A DNA stretch of 64,000 nt from Minisyncoccia bacterium (GCA_041485695.1 JBGPJZ010000002.1:65499-129498), one strand, 5' to 3'. Positions 10,688 through 20,427 are shown, counted from the stretch's first letter. Translations and numbers: made by a program. The notes: a model not told the origin generated them from the sequence alone.

Positions 10688-11845
10688 TTATACTGCAGTG
10701 CCTTCAGATTCGCGAGGGAAGGCAAAACGGTATACAAGGTGTGTCAGTACGCCGAGCATGTAGACGATGGCGAGCGCAGTAACGAATCCGCCGATATAGG
10801 GCAAGGACCACACGAGAAAGAGTACGAGCATCCCGAAAACGGCATCGCTCCATCGAAGCTCGGTGCGCTTAAAGAGGTCGTGCGCAAGGTACGAACCGAT
10901 GACAATCGCCGCGTAAATAAAAGCGAGCGGAATAAGGAGCAGGTACGCGAGGCCAAGGATGAGAGCGAGGCCGAGACCGACGAAAGTGACTGCGAGGATG
11001 AGCAGCAATACAGGTGTCGCTACGAGGACGCCGAAACCGAGTAGGAGGGTGAGGAGCGCGCGACGCACTGATACGTGAGTTGCCCTAGTGACTACGCGGT
11101 CGACAAACGTGGGAAAAATTCCTGCAAGGAGCCCTGCGAGAATAAGCGCGCCAAGAATCTTTACGAAAAGAAAGACGCCAAAGGAAGCGAGAGCGATGGC
11201 GCGCGCCTCTTTAGAGGTGGGAAGATACGACGCTCCTGTGTAATGGACGCCTCCGGCAATAGTCGCCGAACTGGGGATGTTCGCTTGTTCGGGCGCCTGA
11301 TAGCGGAGCTCACCGCGAATCACCGCCCCTGGGAGGAGCGTAACGCGGCTGCCGGCAATCACCTCGACGTCACTGAGGAATGTGCCTCCGAGCGATATGG
11401 TGTTGCCATAGACGGTGACGGGGCCGGCGGCGCCCTTAGTCATGCTTACGTCTCCTGCAGCAATAAGCACGTTCGCTCCCCCGCCACCCGAGTCGACAAC
11501 CGAGCCGCCGAAAGCAACAAGATCGCCACCGACGGCTCCAGAAAGCGTGATGCTCCCGCCCATAAGCCGGGCATCGCCAGCAACGGGAGCGTTAATGTGA
11601 AGCGAACCGCCCGCAAGCGACAGGTCGCCGCCAACAGCAGCCTCAACGGAGAGCGACCCACCGGCTGCCGTGAAATCGCCCTTGATTGGCGTAGTGACAG
11701 CAACCGTGCCGCCAATAGCGTAGACATTGGCTGGGGTCGTTGTCGCGATTAAGATGCTGCTCCCGCTCACGAAAGCGGGAGCAGCTGCTGCTGCCGCACT
11801 CCCCGGGAGCGTAACGAGAGCGAGCGTAAGGAGAAGCCGGGTCAT
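10688..11845 (-). CDS. signal-peptide protein with beta-helical GG(S/D)L repeat region (bactofilin/DUF4097-like) and C-terminal polytopic membrane domain
   Basis: Start taken at MTRLLLTLALVTLPGSAAAAA (ATGA overlap with the VKOR stop at 11843..11845). ~17-aa repeats (AGGSLSVEAAVGGDLSL...), then 4-5 TM helices. No cysteines. Confidence 0.5.
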   Translation of the reverse strand: MTRLLLTLALVTLPGSAAAAAAPAFVSGSSILIATTTPANVYAIGGTVAVTTPIKGDFTAAGGSLSVEAAVGGDLSLAGGSLHINAPVAGDARLMGGSITLSGAVGGDLVAFGGSVVDSGGGGANVLIAAGDVSMTKGAAGPVTVYGNTISLGGTFLSDVEVIAGSRVTLLPGAVIRGELRYQAPEQANIPSSATIAGGVHYTGASYLPTSKEARAIALASFGVFLFVKILGALILAGLLAGIFPTFVDRVVTRATHVSVRRALLTLLLGFGVLVATPVLLLILAVTFVGLGLALILGLAYLLLIPLAFIYAAIVIGSYLAHDLFKRTELRWSDAVFGMLVLFLVWSLPYIGGFVTALAIVYMLGVLTHLVYRFAFPRESEGTAV

Positions 11846-12369
11846 GTCTGGGGTGGCGGTAAGACGAGAGTCGAGCGGAAGCGTGGTGGAGGCATCTCGA
11901 TAACGGTCATGCGGGGAGCAAGCGGCTCGATGAAATAAGCAAGAATGAAGACCAAGAGCGAAATGAGCGCCGAGAGCGAACAATAAATACACAGCGCGTT
12001 AATGACGGAAAGCTGGATAAATATGAAGTAGGCCGAGGCAATAAGGCCGAGAGCAACGAGTCCTTGTATCACGCGTCGAACATGCACTTGCACATACATC
12101 ACTTCAACCGCCGCGAGAATGAACAGGAGCGTGTAAAAAGCGACACCGTAGTCGGCGAGAGGGATCCCGAGGATATGCGAATAGGGGCTCTCGGCTACGA
12201 CGTTACAGCCGGAGAGCCCAGCGATATCGCAAATGAGGGGAATGCCCGAGAAGGCCTCTTTAGCGAGGTACACGGAGTCTGAAAGGCCGAAAAAGGCAAG
12301 GAGGAGTATGAGCCAGACCGCGAGCCGTTTCATACTGGGCATCGTACGCTCCCGAGTGATATTCTTCAA
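11842..12369 (-). CDS. vitamin K epoxide reductase (VKOR)-family membrane oxidoreductase
   Basis: Loop Cys pair CDIAGLSGC and an intramembrane CIYC (CxxC), typical of bacterial VKOR/DsbB-like proteins. True start may be an internal Met (MKRLAVW...). Confidence 0.6.
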   Translation of the reverse strand: MKNITRERTMPSMKRLAVWLILLLAFFGLSDSVYLAKEAFSGIPLICDIAGLSGCNVVAESPYSHILGIPLADYGVAFYTLLFILAAVEVMYVQVHVRRVIQGLVALGLIASAYFIFIQLSVINALCIYCSLSALISLLVFILAYFIEPLAPRMTVIEMPPPRFRSTLVLPPPQT

Positions 12370-12371
12370 GC

Positions 12372-12734
12372 ATGAAGGAGCTCACTCCCGAAGAACGCCG
12401 TGTCATGCTTGAGGGCGGCACCGAAGCGCCCTTTACCGGAGAATATGTTGACAACCACGAGCCGGGCGTCTACCGCTGTAAGCAGTGCGGCAACGTCCTC
12501 TTCACCTCCGCACAAAAGTTCGACTCCGGCACCGGCTGGCCCTCGTTTACCGACCCCGCGGTCGCCGAAAACGTCGGCACGCGCCTCGATGCAGACAGAA
12601 GCCGCACTGAAGTCTACTGCAAGAACTGCGGCGGCCATTTAGGCCACGTATTTAACGACGGCCCTGCAGACAAAAGCGGCAAGCGCTACTGCATCAACTC
12701 CGTCTGCCTCGATTTTGAAGCAGAGAAAAAGTAA
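12372..12734 (+). CDS. msrB: peptide-methionine (R)-S-oxide reductase MsrB
   Basis: 120 aa with CKQCG ... GWPSF ... RTEVYCKNCGGHLGHVF ... RYCINS. Canonical SelR/MsrB with the Zn-binding CxxC pairs. Confidence 0.9.
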   Translation: MKELTPEERRVMLEGGTEAPFTGEYVDNHEPGVYRCKQCGNVLFTSAQKFDSGTGWPSFTDPAVAENVGTRLDADRSRTEVYCKNCGGHLGHVFNDGPADKSGKRYCINSVCLDFEAEKK

Positions 12735-12771
12735 TAAGGTAGCACTATAACACTGCCCCCTCTTACTTGTT

Positions 12772-13338
12772 TTAATCGTTTGATTTGTGGTTCGACGTCG
12801 AGGACGCGGTGGTCGTACCAACTTTATTATCGTTTGATAACCCCTTGCCGCAACGGCGCTCGAAGAATCCGCGGGTGAGCGGCCCCACGGTGCCTGTCGT
12901 GGTCGAAGCGATGCTGTTCTTTAATTGGAAACGCTTCAGCGCCTCTGCCGTCAAGGAGCCGAAATAGCCGGTCGATGACGCAGTAAAATTACGATCATCG
13001 TCTTCTTTCAGCATCTCTTGCAGCTTCCTCACATCGTCCCCGCGCGAGCCGATGCCGAGGTCGCGATAAAGGGCGATGCAAACCATCTTTCCAACTTGGC
13101 CGGGAGCGGTCGAGGGCTTCTTGTCTTCGTTCTCGCCTGAACGTGGCGGCGCCTGTCCGTTCAGTACCGCGCGCACCGTGTCAACGGTTTTCGTATCTAC
13201 ATTGAATGACTGTAGCAAGGTAAGGACCGAATTAATCTGGTTCGTAGTGAGCCCTGCCGCTTGCACGGGAGAGGCGGTCGTAAAGAGGGCGAGGGCGAAG
13301 GCTGCACTCGTGAGGGTGACTTTGATTGATGGGCGCAT
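12772..13338 (-). CDS. secreted protein with peptidoglycan-binding (PG_binding_1-like) domain
   Basis: Signal peptide MRPSIKVTLTSAAFALALFTTASPVQA, then ...GSRGDDVRKLQEML...YFGSLTAEALKRFQ..., characteristic of a PG-binding domain. Confidence 0.5.
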   Translation of the reverse strand: MRPSIKVTLTSAAFALALFTTASPVQAAGLTTNQINSVLTLLQSFNVDTKTVDTVRAVLNGQAPPRSGENEDKKPSTAPGQVGKMVCIALYRDLGIGSRGDDVRKLQEMLKEDDDRNFTASSTGYFGSLTAEALKRFQLKNSIASTTTGTVGPLTRGFFERRCGKGLSNDNKVGTTTASSTSNHKSND

Positions 13339-13488
13339 AATTCGATAATGTAAAGTCGTATAAATAGCGCGGAACGACCCGCTCCCCCTAGCGTATCACG
13401 AATCGGACCCCCACGTGCGACCATCCTACCACTACGACAAGTTCTTATAGACAGGAGTTGCTGACGACTTATCAATTACTTCATCAGT

Positions 13489-13662
13489 ATGAAGATATTC
13501 GGCGCTCTGGGATTCGGCGTATTCCTGATGGTGCTTGCAGCACTCATGCCCCCGGTACTTGCGGAGCTCACGAACACCCTTGTGGTCGTCTTGCAAAGTT
13601 CGGCCAAGGCATTCGTCGCGGCGGGCATCATCGCGGCATACGCAGGACACATCCCTCACTGA
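13489..13662 (+). CDS. possible 57-aa hydrophobic small protein (below ORF-track cutoff)
   Basis: MKIFGALGFGVFLMVLAALMPPVLAELTNTLVVVLQSSAKAFVAAGIIAAYAGHIPH, followed by an AAGGCCGGAC-AGTA-GTCCGGCCTT hairpin. No SD. Confidence 0.2.
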   Translation: MKIFGALGFGVFLMVLAALMPPVLAELTNTLVVVLQSSAKAFVAAGIIAAYAGHIPH

Positions 13663-13690
13663 CCCAAGGCCGGACAGTAGTCCGGCCTTG

Positions 13691-15256
13691 TTATGCTGCA
13701 AGCGGCATCGTGAACCAAAAGGTGCTCCCCTTCCCCTCTCCTTCGCTCACAATGCCGATACGGCCGCCCTGCCGGTCAACGATATTCTTTGAAAGCGAGA
13801 GCCCCAGACCCACTCCCTCGGTGTCAGCTGTGCGGGCCGCATTCGTACGATAAAAACTCGAAAAGATATTTTCTTGATCCTCGCGATTAACACCAATGCC
13901 GGTGTCGGTCACTGCAAAACGTACACCGTGCCGATCCGGCGCCACGGTGATGTGGACCTTCCCTCCCGCAGGCGTATACATGACGGCGTTTTCTACGAGC
14001 ACCTCAGCGACAAGAGCAAGCCGGCGCGCATCCCCGAGAGCTAAGGGGGGATTCTCAGCGTCTACCGATACGGCAAGTTTTTTCTCCGCAATTTGAGTTG
14101 CGAAGCGCTTCACGGCCTCCCAGGCAAGATGCCGCAAATCGACAGGAATCTGCTGGTAATCGTAGGTCCCGCCCGGATGCGCTGCTTCCATAAGGACATT
14201 GGTGAGCTCGATGAGTTGGTTATTGGCGTCATCAATGCGCCGTATCCCCTCACGAAGGTCGTGGTTAGTACCCGCTTGCGCAAGGAGTTCCGGGATGACC
14301 CAGCGAATGCGCGTAAGAGGGGTCCGCAACTTGTGTGTGGCAACCGTGATGAACTCGTATTTCAGCTTTTCAGACTCTCGCGCCTGCTTAAGGACCGACC
14401 GGCCGATAATGAATGCGACGATGGCAACGATGACCGGTACTGTCCAAAACTGGAAGCCCGGTATTGTGCGCTCCAAAAATCCGTTGAAGAGGATGAGAGC
14501 GACCAGGAACGCGGCGATTGCCGCGATGCTAAAGGCATAATAGAACGCGCGTCGAACGACGAGCCGGATATCAAGGAGATCGGTCGCGAAGACGCCGTAC
14601 GCGACCGGAATCAAATAGAAACCGACGAATGAGCCGAACACGGGGTCAAAGGGAATGTTGAACACCAAGAGAAAATTGAGGCAACCGATTGAGTAGCCGA
14701 CCGCGATCATCAAAATGAAATATTCGAGTCGCTGGCGTTCAATCCCGGCTGAAAGTCGGTAGGCGTTGACCAGATTCGCGACCGCGACGAACAAGGCACC
14801 GAAGAAATAGACGAGCATGACGATATACCACCACCCGGCGGTGAGATAAAAGGGGAAGTAGAGCTTCGGCACGACGTCAGGGAGAAACCACGTGGGGTGA
14901 AACCAGGGGACGATGAAGACGACGGCGCCGATAAGGTAGGTAGCGATAATAAACCAGCGCCATTCCCGATCTCTCTTGATGACACGAAAGATAAAATGTA
15001 CGACGGCCATCGGGATGATGGTGTCGAAGATATTCAAGAACCACCAAAAATAGGCAGCATCGTGTGCGGTCTGCAAGGAGGCAATGATGAAAAAGACCGT
15101 GTAGAGGAGAGTGGTAACGGTGATGAAGAAAAAGAGCCAGTTGATGTCGCGCCGCGGATTCTGAAATAAGACGAAGAGCCCGCCAATGAAGATGATTGCC
15201 CCCGAAACGGCGTTAGCACCGACCGTAATCCAAAGTTCGTTTGCAAACCCGGCCAT
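13691..15256 (-). CDS. sensor histidine kinase with N-terminal multi-TM sensor domain
   Basis: 521 aa. ~8 TM helices, H-box HKLRTPLTRIRW, HATPase_c motifs (...DTGIGV...GLGLS...). Confidence 0.8.
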   Translation of the reverse strand: MAGFANELWITVGANAVSGAIIFIGGLFVLFQNPRRDINWLFFFITVTTLLYTVFFIIASLQTAHDAAYFWWFLNIFDTIIPMAVVHFIFRVIKRDREWRWFIIATYLIGAVVFIVPWFHPTWFLPDVVPKLYFPFYLTAGWWYIVMLVYFFGALFVAVANLVNAYRLSAGIERQRLEYFILMIAVGYSIGCLNFLLVFNIPFDPVFGSFVGFYLIPVAYGVFATDLLDIRLVVRRAFYYAFSIAAIAAFLVALILFNGFLERTIPGFQFWTVPVIVAIVAFIIGRSVLKQARESEKLKYEFITVATHKLRTPLTRIRWVIPELLAQAGTNHDLREGIRRIDDANNQLIELTNVLMEAAHPGGTYDYQQIPVDLRHLAWEAVKRFATQIAEKKLAVSVDAENPPLALGDARRLALVAEVLVENAVMYTPAGGKVHITVAPDRHGVRFAVTDTGIGVNREDQENIFSSFYRTNAARTADTEGVGLGLSLSKNIVDRQGGRIGIVSEGEGKGSTFWFTMPLAA

Positions 15257-15258
15257 GG

Positions 15259-15654
15259 CTATCCGAGCTGTTTCTTGATTGCTTCGACGATTGCCGAGGG
15301 CAGCGTCATTGCCTTAACGAAAAAGCCGGCTGCGCCAAGAGCAACTGTCTCGCGCTGATCAGCTTCAGCGGAGAGATTCGAGAGGACGAACACAGGGATT
15401 TCTTTTGTAGCCGAATCGCTCTTAAGGCGCTTCAAGACCTCTTTGCCATCAATCTTGGGAAGAACGAGATCGAGGAGAATGAGATCAGGCTTCTCTTTGC
15501 CGACCAGGGCAAGTCCTGTTTCACCGTCACTTGCGACCGCCGTCGTGTATCCAGCTTCAGTTAAAAGACGGCTCATCGTGCCTGCGAAAAACGGCTCATC
15601 CTCGATATATACGATTCGAATACGTTCACCGCTTATGTTTTGGGGGGCATCCAT
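15259..15654 (-). CDS. single-domain response regulator (CheY-like receiver)
   Basis: IRIVYIEDEP...DLILLDLVLPKIDG...K... receiver motifs. Start chosen at MDAPQ... (tatATG context) rather than the longer ORF-track start. Directly upstream of the histidine kinase. Confidence 0.75.
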   Translation of the reverse strand: MDAPQNISGERIRIVYIEDEPFFAGTMSRLLTEAGYTTAVASDGETGLALVGKEKPDLILLDLVLPKIDGKEVLKRLKSDSATKEIPVFVLSNLSAEADQRETVALGAAGFFVKAMTLPSAIVEAIKKQLG

Positions 15655-15743
15655 ATACGAATAGTATAACCCACTCCTTAAAAAAGGGGAGCCTGCAGTT
15701 GCGTTATGGGTGTTCATTGTGGTAGAGTCGCTTTACTAACGCT

Positions 15744-16316
15744 TTGAGTACCGAACGACTACTACTAAACAACGAGATCCGTGCGCGTGAACTGCGCGTT
15801 ATCGGCGCCCAAGGTGAGAACCTCGGGGTCCTCTCCATTGAGGATGCCTTGGCGGCCGCCAAGGCGGCAGGTCTTGACCTTATCGAGATTTCGCCCTTGG
15901 CCGTGCCGCCGGTTGCTAAGATTACCGATTATGGTAAATTTGAGTACGAGCGAAGTAAGAAAGAGAAGGCCGTAAAGGCCAAAGCCGTTGTATCGGAGAC
16001 CAAGGAGGTCCAGATCAAGGTCGGTACTGGGGAGCACGATGTGATGCTCAAAGCCAAAAAGACAGCCGAATGGCTTGCCGAGGGGCACCGTGTGCGCGCA
16101 GAGCTTTTCCTTAAAGGGCGATACAAGGGGATGGAGGAAGCCTTTCTTAGAGAACGGCTTGAGAAGTTCCTCCTCCGTATCCCCTACGCGTACCGCATCG
16201 CCGAACCGATCGAACGGAGCCCGAAGGGCTTCGCCGGGGTCATCGAACGCGATAAGGAAGCGCAAGCGAAGCGCGAGAAGGAGCAGAAGCTCCACACAAA
16301 AAATGAAAACCAATAA
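15744..16316 (+). CDS. infC: translation initiation factor IF-3
   Basis: NNEIRARELRVIGAQGENLGVLSIEDAL...LDLIEISPLAVPPVAKITDYGKFEYE... is a canonical IF3. C-terminal Lys/Glu-rich tail. Confidence 0.85.
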   Translation: MSTERLLLNNEIRARELRVIGAQGENLGVLSIEDALAAAKAAGLDLIEISPLAVPPVAKITDYGKFEYERSKKEKAVKAKAVVSETKEVQIKVGTGEHDVMLKAKKTAEWLAEGHRVRAELFLKGRYKGMEEAFLRERLEKFLLRIPYAYRIAEPIERSPKGFAGVIERDKEAQAKREKEQKLHTKNENQ

Positions 16317-16488
16317 ATCATATTTAAAACGAGTTCGCGTCACCCGAAACGGCAAGATTATTGCGCGTGTGAAGGGGCAGAATCATTTCAATGCGAAAGC
16401 ATCTGGCAATAAGCGCCGCGGCAAGCGCGCGGACGTTACGCTTGTCTTTACCGCGCGCGCGCGCCGACGCTTTCTCCCAGGCTCATAA
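16303..16488 (+). CDS. rpmI: 50S ribosomal protein L35
   Basis: MKTNKSYLKRVRVTRNGKIIARVKGQNHFNAKASGNKRR..., starting inside the end of infC in another frame. Confidence 0.8.
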   Translation: MKTNKSYLKRVRVTRNGKIIARVKGQNHFNAKASGNKRRGKRADVTLVFTARARRRFLPGS

Positions 16489-16523
16489 TTCAAGTTCTTA
16501 CTTAACTGCGTAATCACTAACGT

Positions 16524-16871
16524 ATGGCACGAGTAAAAGGTGGAGTCATGGCGCAGAAGCGCCGTAAGAATATCCTCGCGCGAGCGAAGGGCTATCGCCA
16601 TGGGCGCTCGAAGAAGGAGCGCTATGCGCACGAGGCACTCCTCCATGCTGGTAAGTATGCGTTTGCGCACCGCAAAGACAAAAAGAATGACTTTCGCTCG
16701 CTCTGGATTGTCCGCCTCAATGCCGCAGTACGTGATAATGGCCACGCCTCCTACAGCCAATTTATCGGGAAGCTGAAGAAAGGCGGTATGCAGCTCGACC
16801 GCAAAGTCCTCGCCCAGTTCGCCGCCGACCACCCCGAGGTCTTCGCCCGCATCGCTAAGAAAGTTTCGTAA
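16524..16871 (+). CDS. rplT: 50S ribosomal protein L20
   Basis: MARVKGGVMAQKRRKNILARAKGYRHGRSK...LWIVRLNAAVR... Confidence 0.9.
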   Translation: MARVKGGVMAQKRRKNILARAKGYRHGRSKKERYAHEALLHAGKYAFAHRKDKKNDFRSLWIVRLNAAVRDNGHASYSQFIGKLKKGGMQLDRKVLAQFAADHPEVFARIAKKVS

Positions 16872-18243
16872 CTTTCTCTTTTGTAATCTCCCAGGTTTGG
16901 CCGAGCTCGGGGGCGATGGCGCGAGCACCGAGATAGTCGTGGATACGCTGGGCGAGGAAGTGTGAGGCCGCTGGCTCACCGAGCGCAGTGAAAATCGCCT
17001 TAGGTCTTTTATTAACAAGCGCCGCCTTGGCAAATTTAAGGAGCTCATCTCTATCGGCATGCGCCGACCATCCCTCAAGTAGCTCTATTTTTGCTCTAAT
17101 GTGAACCTCTTGGCCATTGAGACGCACTGAAGACGCTCCTTCCTGTATTTGCCGGCCCGGAGAGCCAGGAGCTTGGTACCCGACCATAAAAAGGGTCGTT
17201 TTGGGGTCGGGTAGGTACTTAATCTCGTGCTTACCGATGCGACCTCCGTGGCTCATCCCCGCCCCTGCGATGATTATTTTTGGGTTAGGAGCCGCATCTA
17301 TCTTCTCCGATTCGGTGTTGTGGGGTGTTTGGGTAAGAAACGGGAATTTGAACAAACTTTTTTCTCGCTTCATCTCCTCTTCTGCTGCTGGTTTGAAATA
17401 GGTGCTCCCCCACTTCTCGTACACCCGGGTCACGTCAATCGCAAGCGGTGAATCAAGAAAGACAGGGATTTTGGGCAAATCGCCCGTAGCAAAAAAGTTT
17501 GAGAGCTCGTAGAGCATGAGTTGCGTACGCTCCATAGCAAAGGCAGGGATGAGGATAGCGCCACCCCGTTTAATCGCAAGTTGAAGTCTCCCTTTGAGCA
17601 GCAAATCCCGTGTTGCTCGCGGAGGATGGACTCGGTCACCGTACACACTCTCCATAACGAGAGCATCGGCGTCCGGCACCGGCTCCCAGTCAGGCAATAA
17701 GGGCGAGGGCGAGTTGCCTATATCGCCCGTAAGTACGAGCGTGGTACCATCGCCAGCCGTAATACGTACGCTTGCCGAGCCTAAGATATGGCCCGTGTTG
17801 CGCAGATAGATTGAAAGCTCCGGAGCGACCTCCTTCTCTTCATGGTAGCTAAGCGTTTTGACGAGAGCGAAGGTAGCGTCGACATCGCTGGCTTCATACA
17901 ATACTGGTAAATTACGCCGATGCGCCTCTTTAGCAAGAATGTCGATACTATCGCGCAAAATAAGTTCGGCTAGGTCCCGGGTAGGCGGCGTCATATAGAT
18001 GTCGCCGCGAAAGCCGTCTCTCACTAACTTTGGTATGCGGCCCACATGATCGAGATGCGAATGAGTCACCACGAGCGCCTGTATCTCTTTCGGGTCATAA
18101 GGGAAATCACCGTATACGCATGACTCGCAAAAGTCAGCCCCTTGCTCGATACCACAATCGACTAAGATCTTCTGGCCGTCTTCTTCAATTAAAAAATTCG
18201 AACCGGTCACCTTCCCTGCTCCACCATAAAACGTCAGTCGCAT
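16855..18243 (-). CDS. MBL-fold beta-CASP family RNA-metabolising hydrolase
   Basis: 462 aa. ...VVTHSHLDHVGRIP..., ...HILGSASV..., ...GWSAHADRDEL... are the MBL His/Asp motifs plus a beta-CASP C-terminal half. Confidence 0.7.
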   Translation of the reverse strand: MRLTFYGGAGKVTGSNFLIEEDGQKILVDCGIEQGADFCESCVYGDFPYDPKEIQALVVTHSHLDHVGRIPKLVRDGFRGDIYMTPPTRDLAELILRDSIDILAKEAHRRNLPVLYEASDVDATFALVKTLSYHEEKEVAPELSIYLRNTGHILGSASVRITAGDGTTLVLTGDIGNSPSPLLPDWEPVPDADALVMESVYGDRVHPPRATRDLLLKGRLQLAIKRGGAILIPAFAMERTQLMLYELSNFFATGDLPKIPVFLDSPLAIDVTRVYEKWGSTYFKPAAEEEMKREKSLFKFPFLTQTPHNTESEKIDAAPNPKIIIAGAGMSHGGRIGKHEIKYLPDPKTTLFMVGYQAPGSPGRQIQEGASSVRLNGQEVHIRAKIELLEGWSAHADRDELLKFAKAALVNKRPKAIFTALGEPAASHFLAQRIHDYLGARAIAPELGQTWEITKEKVTKLS

Positions 18244-18466
18244 TGGGAGACTCTACCACGAGAAAATCCGCCAAGAGGGCGGATGTTCTCGTGGAGCCAC
18301 TATAAGAGTGCAACTTAATTATGCCAGGCGGGTGTCCGCATCGCGTCTATCGGAACTCCGTGAGGAACTCGACCAAAACGCGTGAATCTAAGACTCCCAA
18401 AGGAGAGGCAAGTTGCGTTTTTAAAGAGTGGCTCCACTAAAAAGTATACACCCCCTGTCAAGCGCT

Positions 18467-19048
18467 TTATTCGCCGTGGCGCTTGTAGCTATGAAGGGGG
18501 CTCTTGCCGAACCAGTGTTCAATCTCGTGTGCAGCTTCTTCTGGAGTCTCGGAGGCATGCATGATATTGGCGACCGCACGCTTCTCCGCGTTCGCGACCG
18601 CAGGCGAGTCGTTGGAGAAATCGCCGCGGATAGTGCCCATATCAGCGATATAGGGCATCGTCGGCCCCGCTATTTTGCGCACCATATCTACCGCATGAGT
18701 CCCTTCGACCACCATTTTCACCAAGGGCGCCGAAACCATGTAATCGACCACCCACTTGCGCACTTCTGGGCCAATTTTTACGGGGTCGTCAGTACCAAAA
18801 TCTTCAAGCGGGTCATAACCATACTTTTTATACGTTTCAAGAGTTTTATGCCCGAGCCGGGTAATCCACACTTCTTCCTTCGGGTAGTGATTATCTATGA
18901 GGTCTCGCGTCGGTTGAAACATCTCAAGCGCCACTATCTTCAAATCGCGCTGTTCGAAACGCTTGATGATCTCGCCGATGAGGCCCTTCTTGACCCCATC
19001 GGGCTTAATCATCACGTAGGTACGCTCCTCTCTCGGGTTTCTTTTCAT
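18467..19048 (-). CDS. ndk: nucleoside-diphosphate kinase (with internal insertion)
   Basis: ERTYVMIKPDGVKKGLIGEIIKRFE ... GTIRGDFS ... N..H.SE. Catalytic-His region conserved, plus a ~40-aa insertion. Confidence 0.8.
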   Translation of the reverse strand: MKRNPREERTYVMIKPDGVKKGLIGEIIKRFEQRDLKIVALEMFQPTRDLIDNHYPKEEVWITRLGHKTLETYKKYGYDPLEDFGTDDPVKIGPEVRKWVVDYMVSAPLVKMVVEGTHAVDMVRKIAGPTMPYIADMGTIRGDFSNDSPAVANAEKRAVANIMHASETPEEAAHEIEHWFGKSPLHSYKRHGE

Positions 19049-19072
19049 GAAATAAAAATGCGCCTAAGGCGG

Positions 19073-19837
19073 TTATGCGGTGATGATACGCGTTCCTGCC
19101 TTTTCGAGCAAGATGGTGTGTTCGAAGTGAGCACTCTTGGAGCCGTCACGGGTTCGATAAGTGTAGCCGTCGGGAGCGAGCGTAACTGCACCTTTGCCGG
19201 CGTTCGCGATAGGTTCGAGCGCAAGCACCATGCCCTCTATAAGTTCCTCACCTGCTCCTTCATGGCCAACATTAGGCACGAAGGGCCCTTCATGGACATG
19301 CTCGCCTACCCCATGACCACCAAGCACCTTCACAACCGAAAAATGTGTGCCTTTATACGTCTCCTCAATCGCATGCGAGATGTCGCCGACGCGGCCGCCA
19401 ACTCTGGCGGCCGCGATACCATTCGCAAGCGCAAGCTCCGTCGTCTGCAAAAGGCTCTCTGTCTCTGTATCTATCTTCCCTACAGGTACCGTAATCGCTG
19501 CATCGACAATAATGCCTTTATGCCGTAGCCCGAGATCGAGGCCAACAATATCACCCGTCTTCAAGACTTTCTTCGATTCATTCGGGATGCCGTGCACTAC
19601 TTCATCGTTAATCGAAACACAAAGCGTCGCCGGGTACGGGCGAGAAGCTCCTTCGGGTGTATACCCCAAAAATGCCGGTTCATCACCGCTGTCGCGTATC
19701 ATCTGCTCGGCGAGATCGTCTAATGCTTCAGCGGTAACTCCGGGCGCGACCTTTGCGCGAAGCGCCTTTAAAACGGCGCCGAGCCGATGCCCCGCTTCTA
19801 TCAAATTCTCGCGTTCTTCGTCAGTACGGATGATCAT
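19073..19837 (-). CDS. map: methionine aminopeptidase, type I
   Basis: 254 aa with the pita-bread fold metal ligands (...GIIVDAAITV..., ...HGVGEHVHE..., ...LEP...). Confidence 0.9.
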   Translation of the reverse strand: MIIRTDEERENLIEAGHRLGAVLKALRAKVAPGVTAEALDDLAEQMIRDSGDEPAFLGYTPEGASRPYPATLCVSINDEVVHGIPNESKKVLKTGDIVGLDLGLRHKGIIVDAAITVPVGKIDTETESLLQTTELALANGIAAARVGGRVGDISHAIEETYKGTHFSVVKVLGGHGVGEHVHEGPFVPNVGHEGAGEELIEGMVLALEPIANAGKGAVTLAPDGYTYRTRDGSKSAHFEHTILLEKAGTRIITA

Positions 19838-20400
19838 GCAACACCTAAGGCTTTATTAATATCTTCAGCGATTTTCTCTGGTGCCTGTTCGCCGTTTACC
19901 TCAATAAGGCTCCCTGCTGCGCGAAAGATGTTGATGGCTGCTTCAGTGTGAGCGCTGTACTCCTTGAGGCGCTCTTCGACGACGCTATCATCGGCGCGAC
20001 CCTCTGTCTCTTTGCGGACAAGAAGCCTGCGGCGCACCTCTTCGTCTGAAACGACAATATTGACCACGGTAAAGGAGCGACCAAGCCACGCGAGCGATGA
20101 AACGATGAGCTCGGCCTCGGGCACCTTGCGGTTAAACCCGTCAAAAATGACGCTCGAGTCAGCTGAAAGCGAGAAAAGCGCTTTTTGATAGAGATACATC
20201 GCGAACCAGTGCGGCATAAGGGCGCCATTCCCCATCTCCGATTTCACTTTCCTGCCGACAGGCGTGTCCTCAAGAGCTATCTCTCGGAACTGCTTGCCGG
20301 CGGAGATGGTCGGCCAGCCGGTTTTCTCGCTTAACAGTTTCGCCTGGGTGCCTTTGCCGCACCCAGGCTTACCAACAAAAAAGATAGTGCGCGTATCCAT
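19834..20400 (-). CDS. adk: adenylate kinase (short, LID-less form)
   Basis: FFVGKPGCGKGTQAKLL ... FDGFNR ... In the canonical position after secY. Stop overlaps the map start. Confidence 0.85.
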   Translation of the reverse strand: MDTRTIFFVGKPGCGKGTQAKLLSEKTGWPTISAGKQFREIALEDTPVGRKVKSEMGNGALMPHWFAMYLYQKALFSLSADSSVIFDGFNRKVPEAELIVSSLAWLGRSFTVVNIVVSDEEVRRRLLVRKETEGRADDSVVEERLKEYSAHTEAAINIFRAAGSLIEVNGEQAPEKIAEDINKALGVA

Positions 20401-20427
20401 GCTATTTACTCTAGCACCTTTGTAAAA

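Noticed and set aside
18428-19528. 366-aa plus-strand ORF
   Set aside because: Antisense to ndk and map, which have clear homology; a long spurious ORF is expected in GC-rich DNA.
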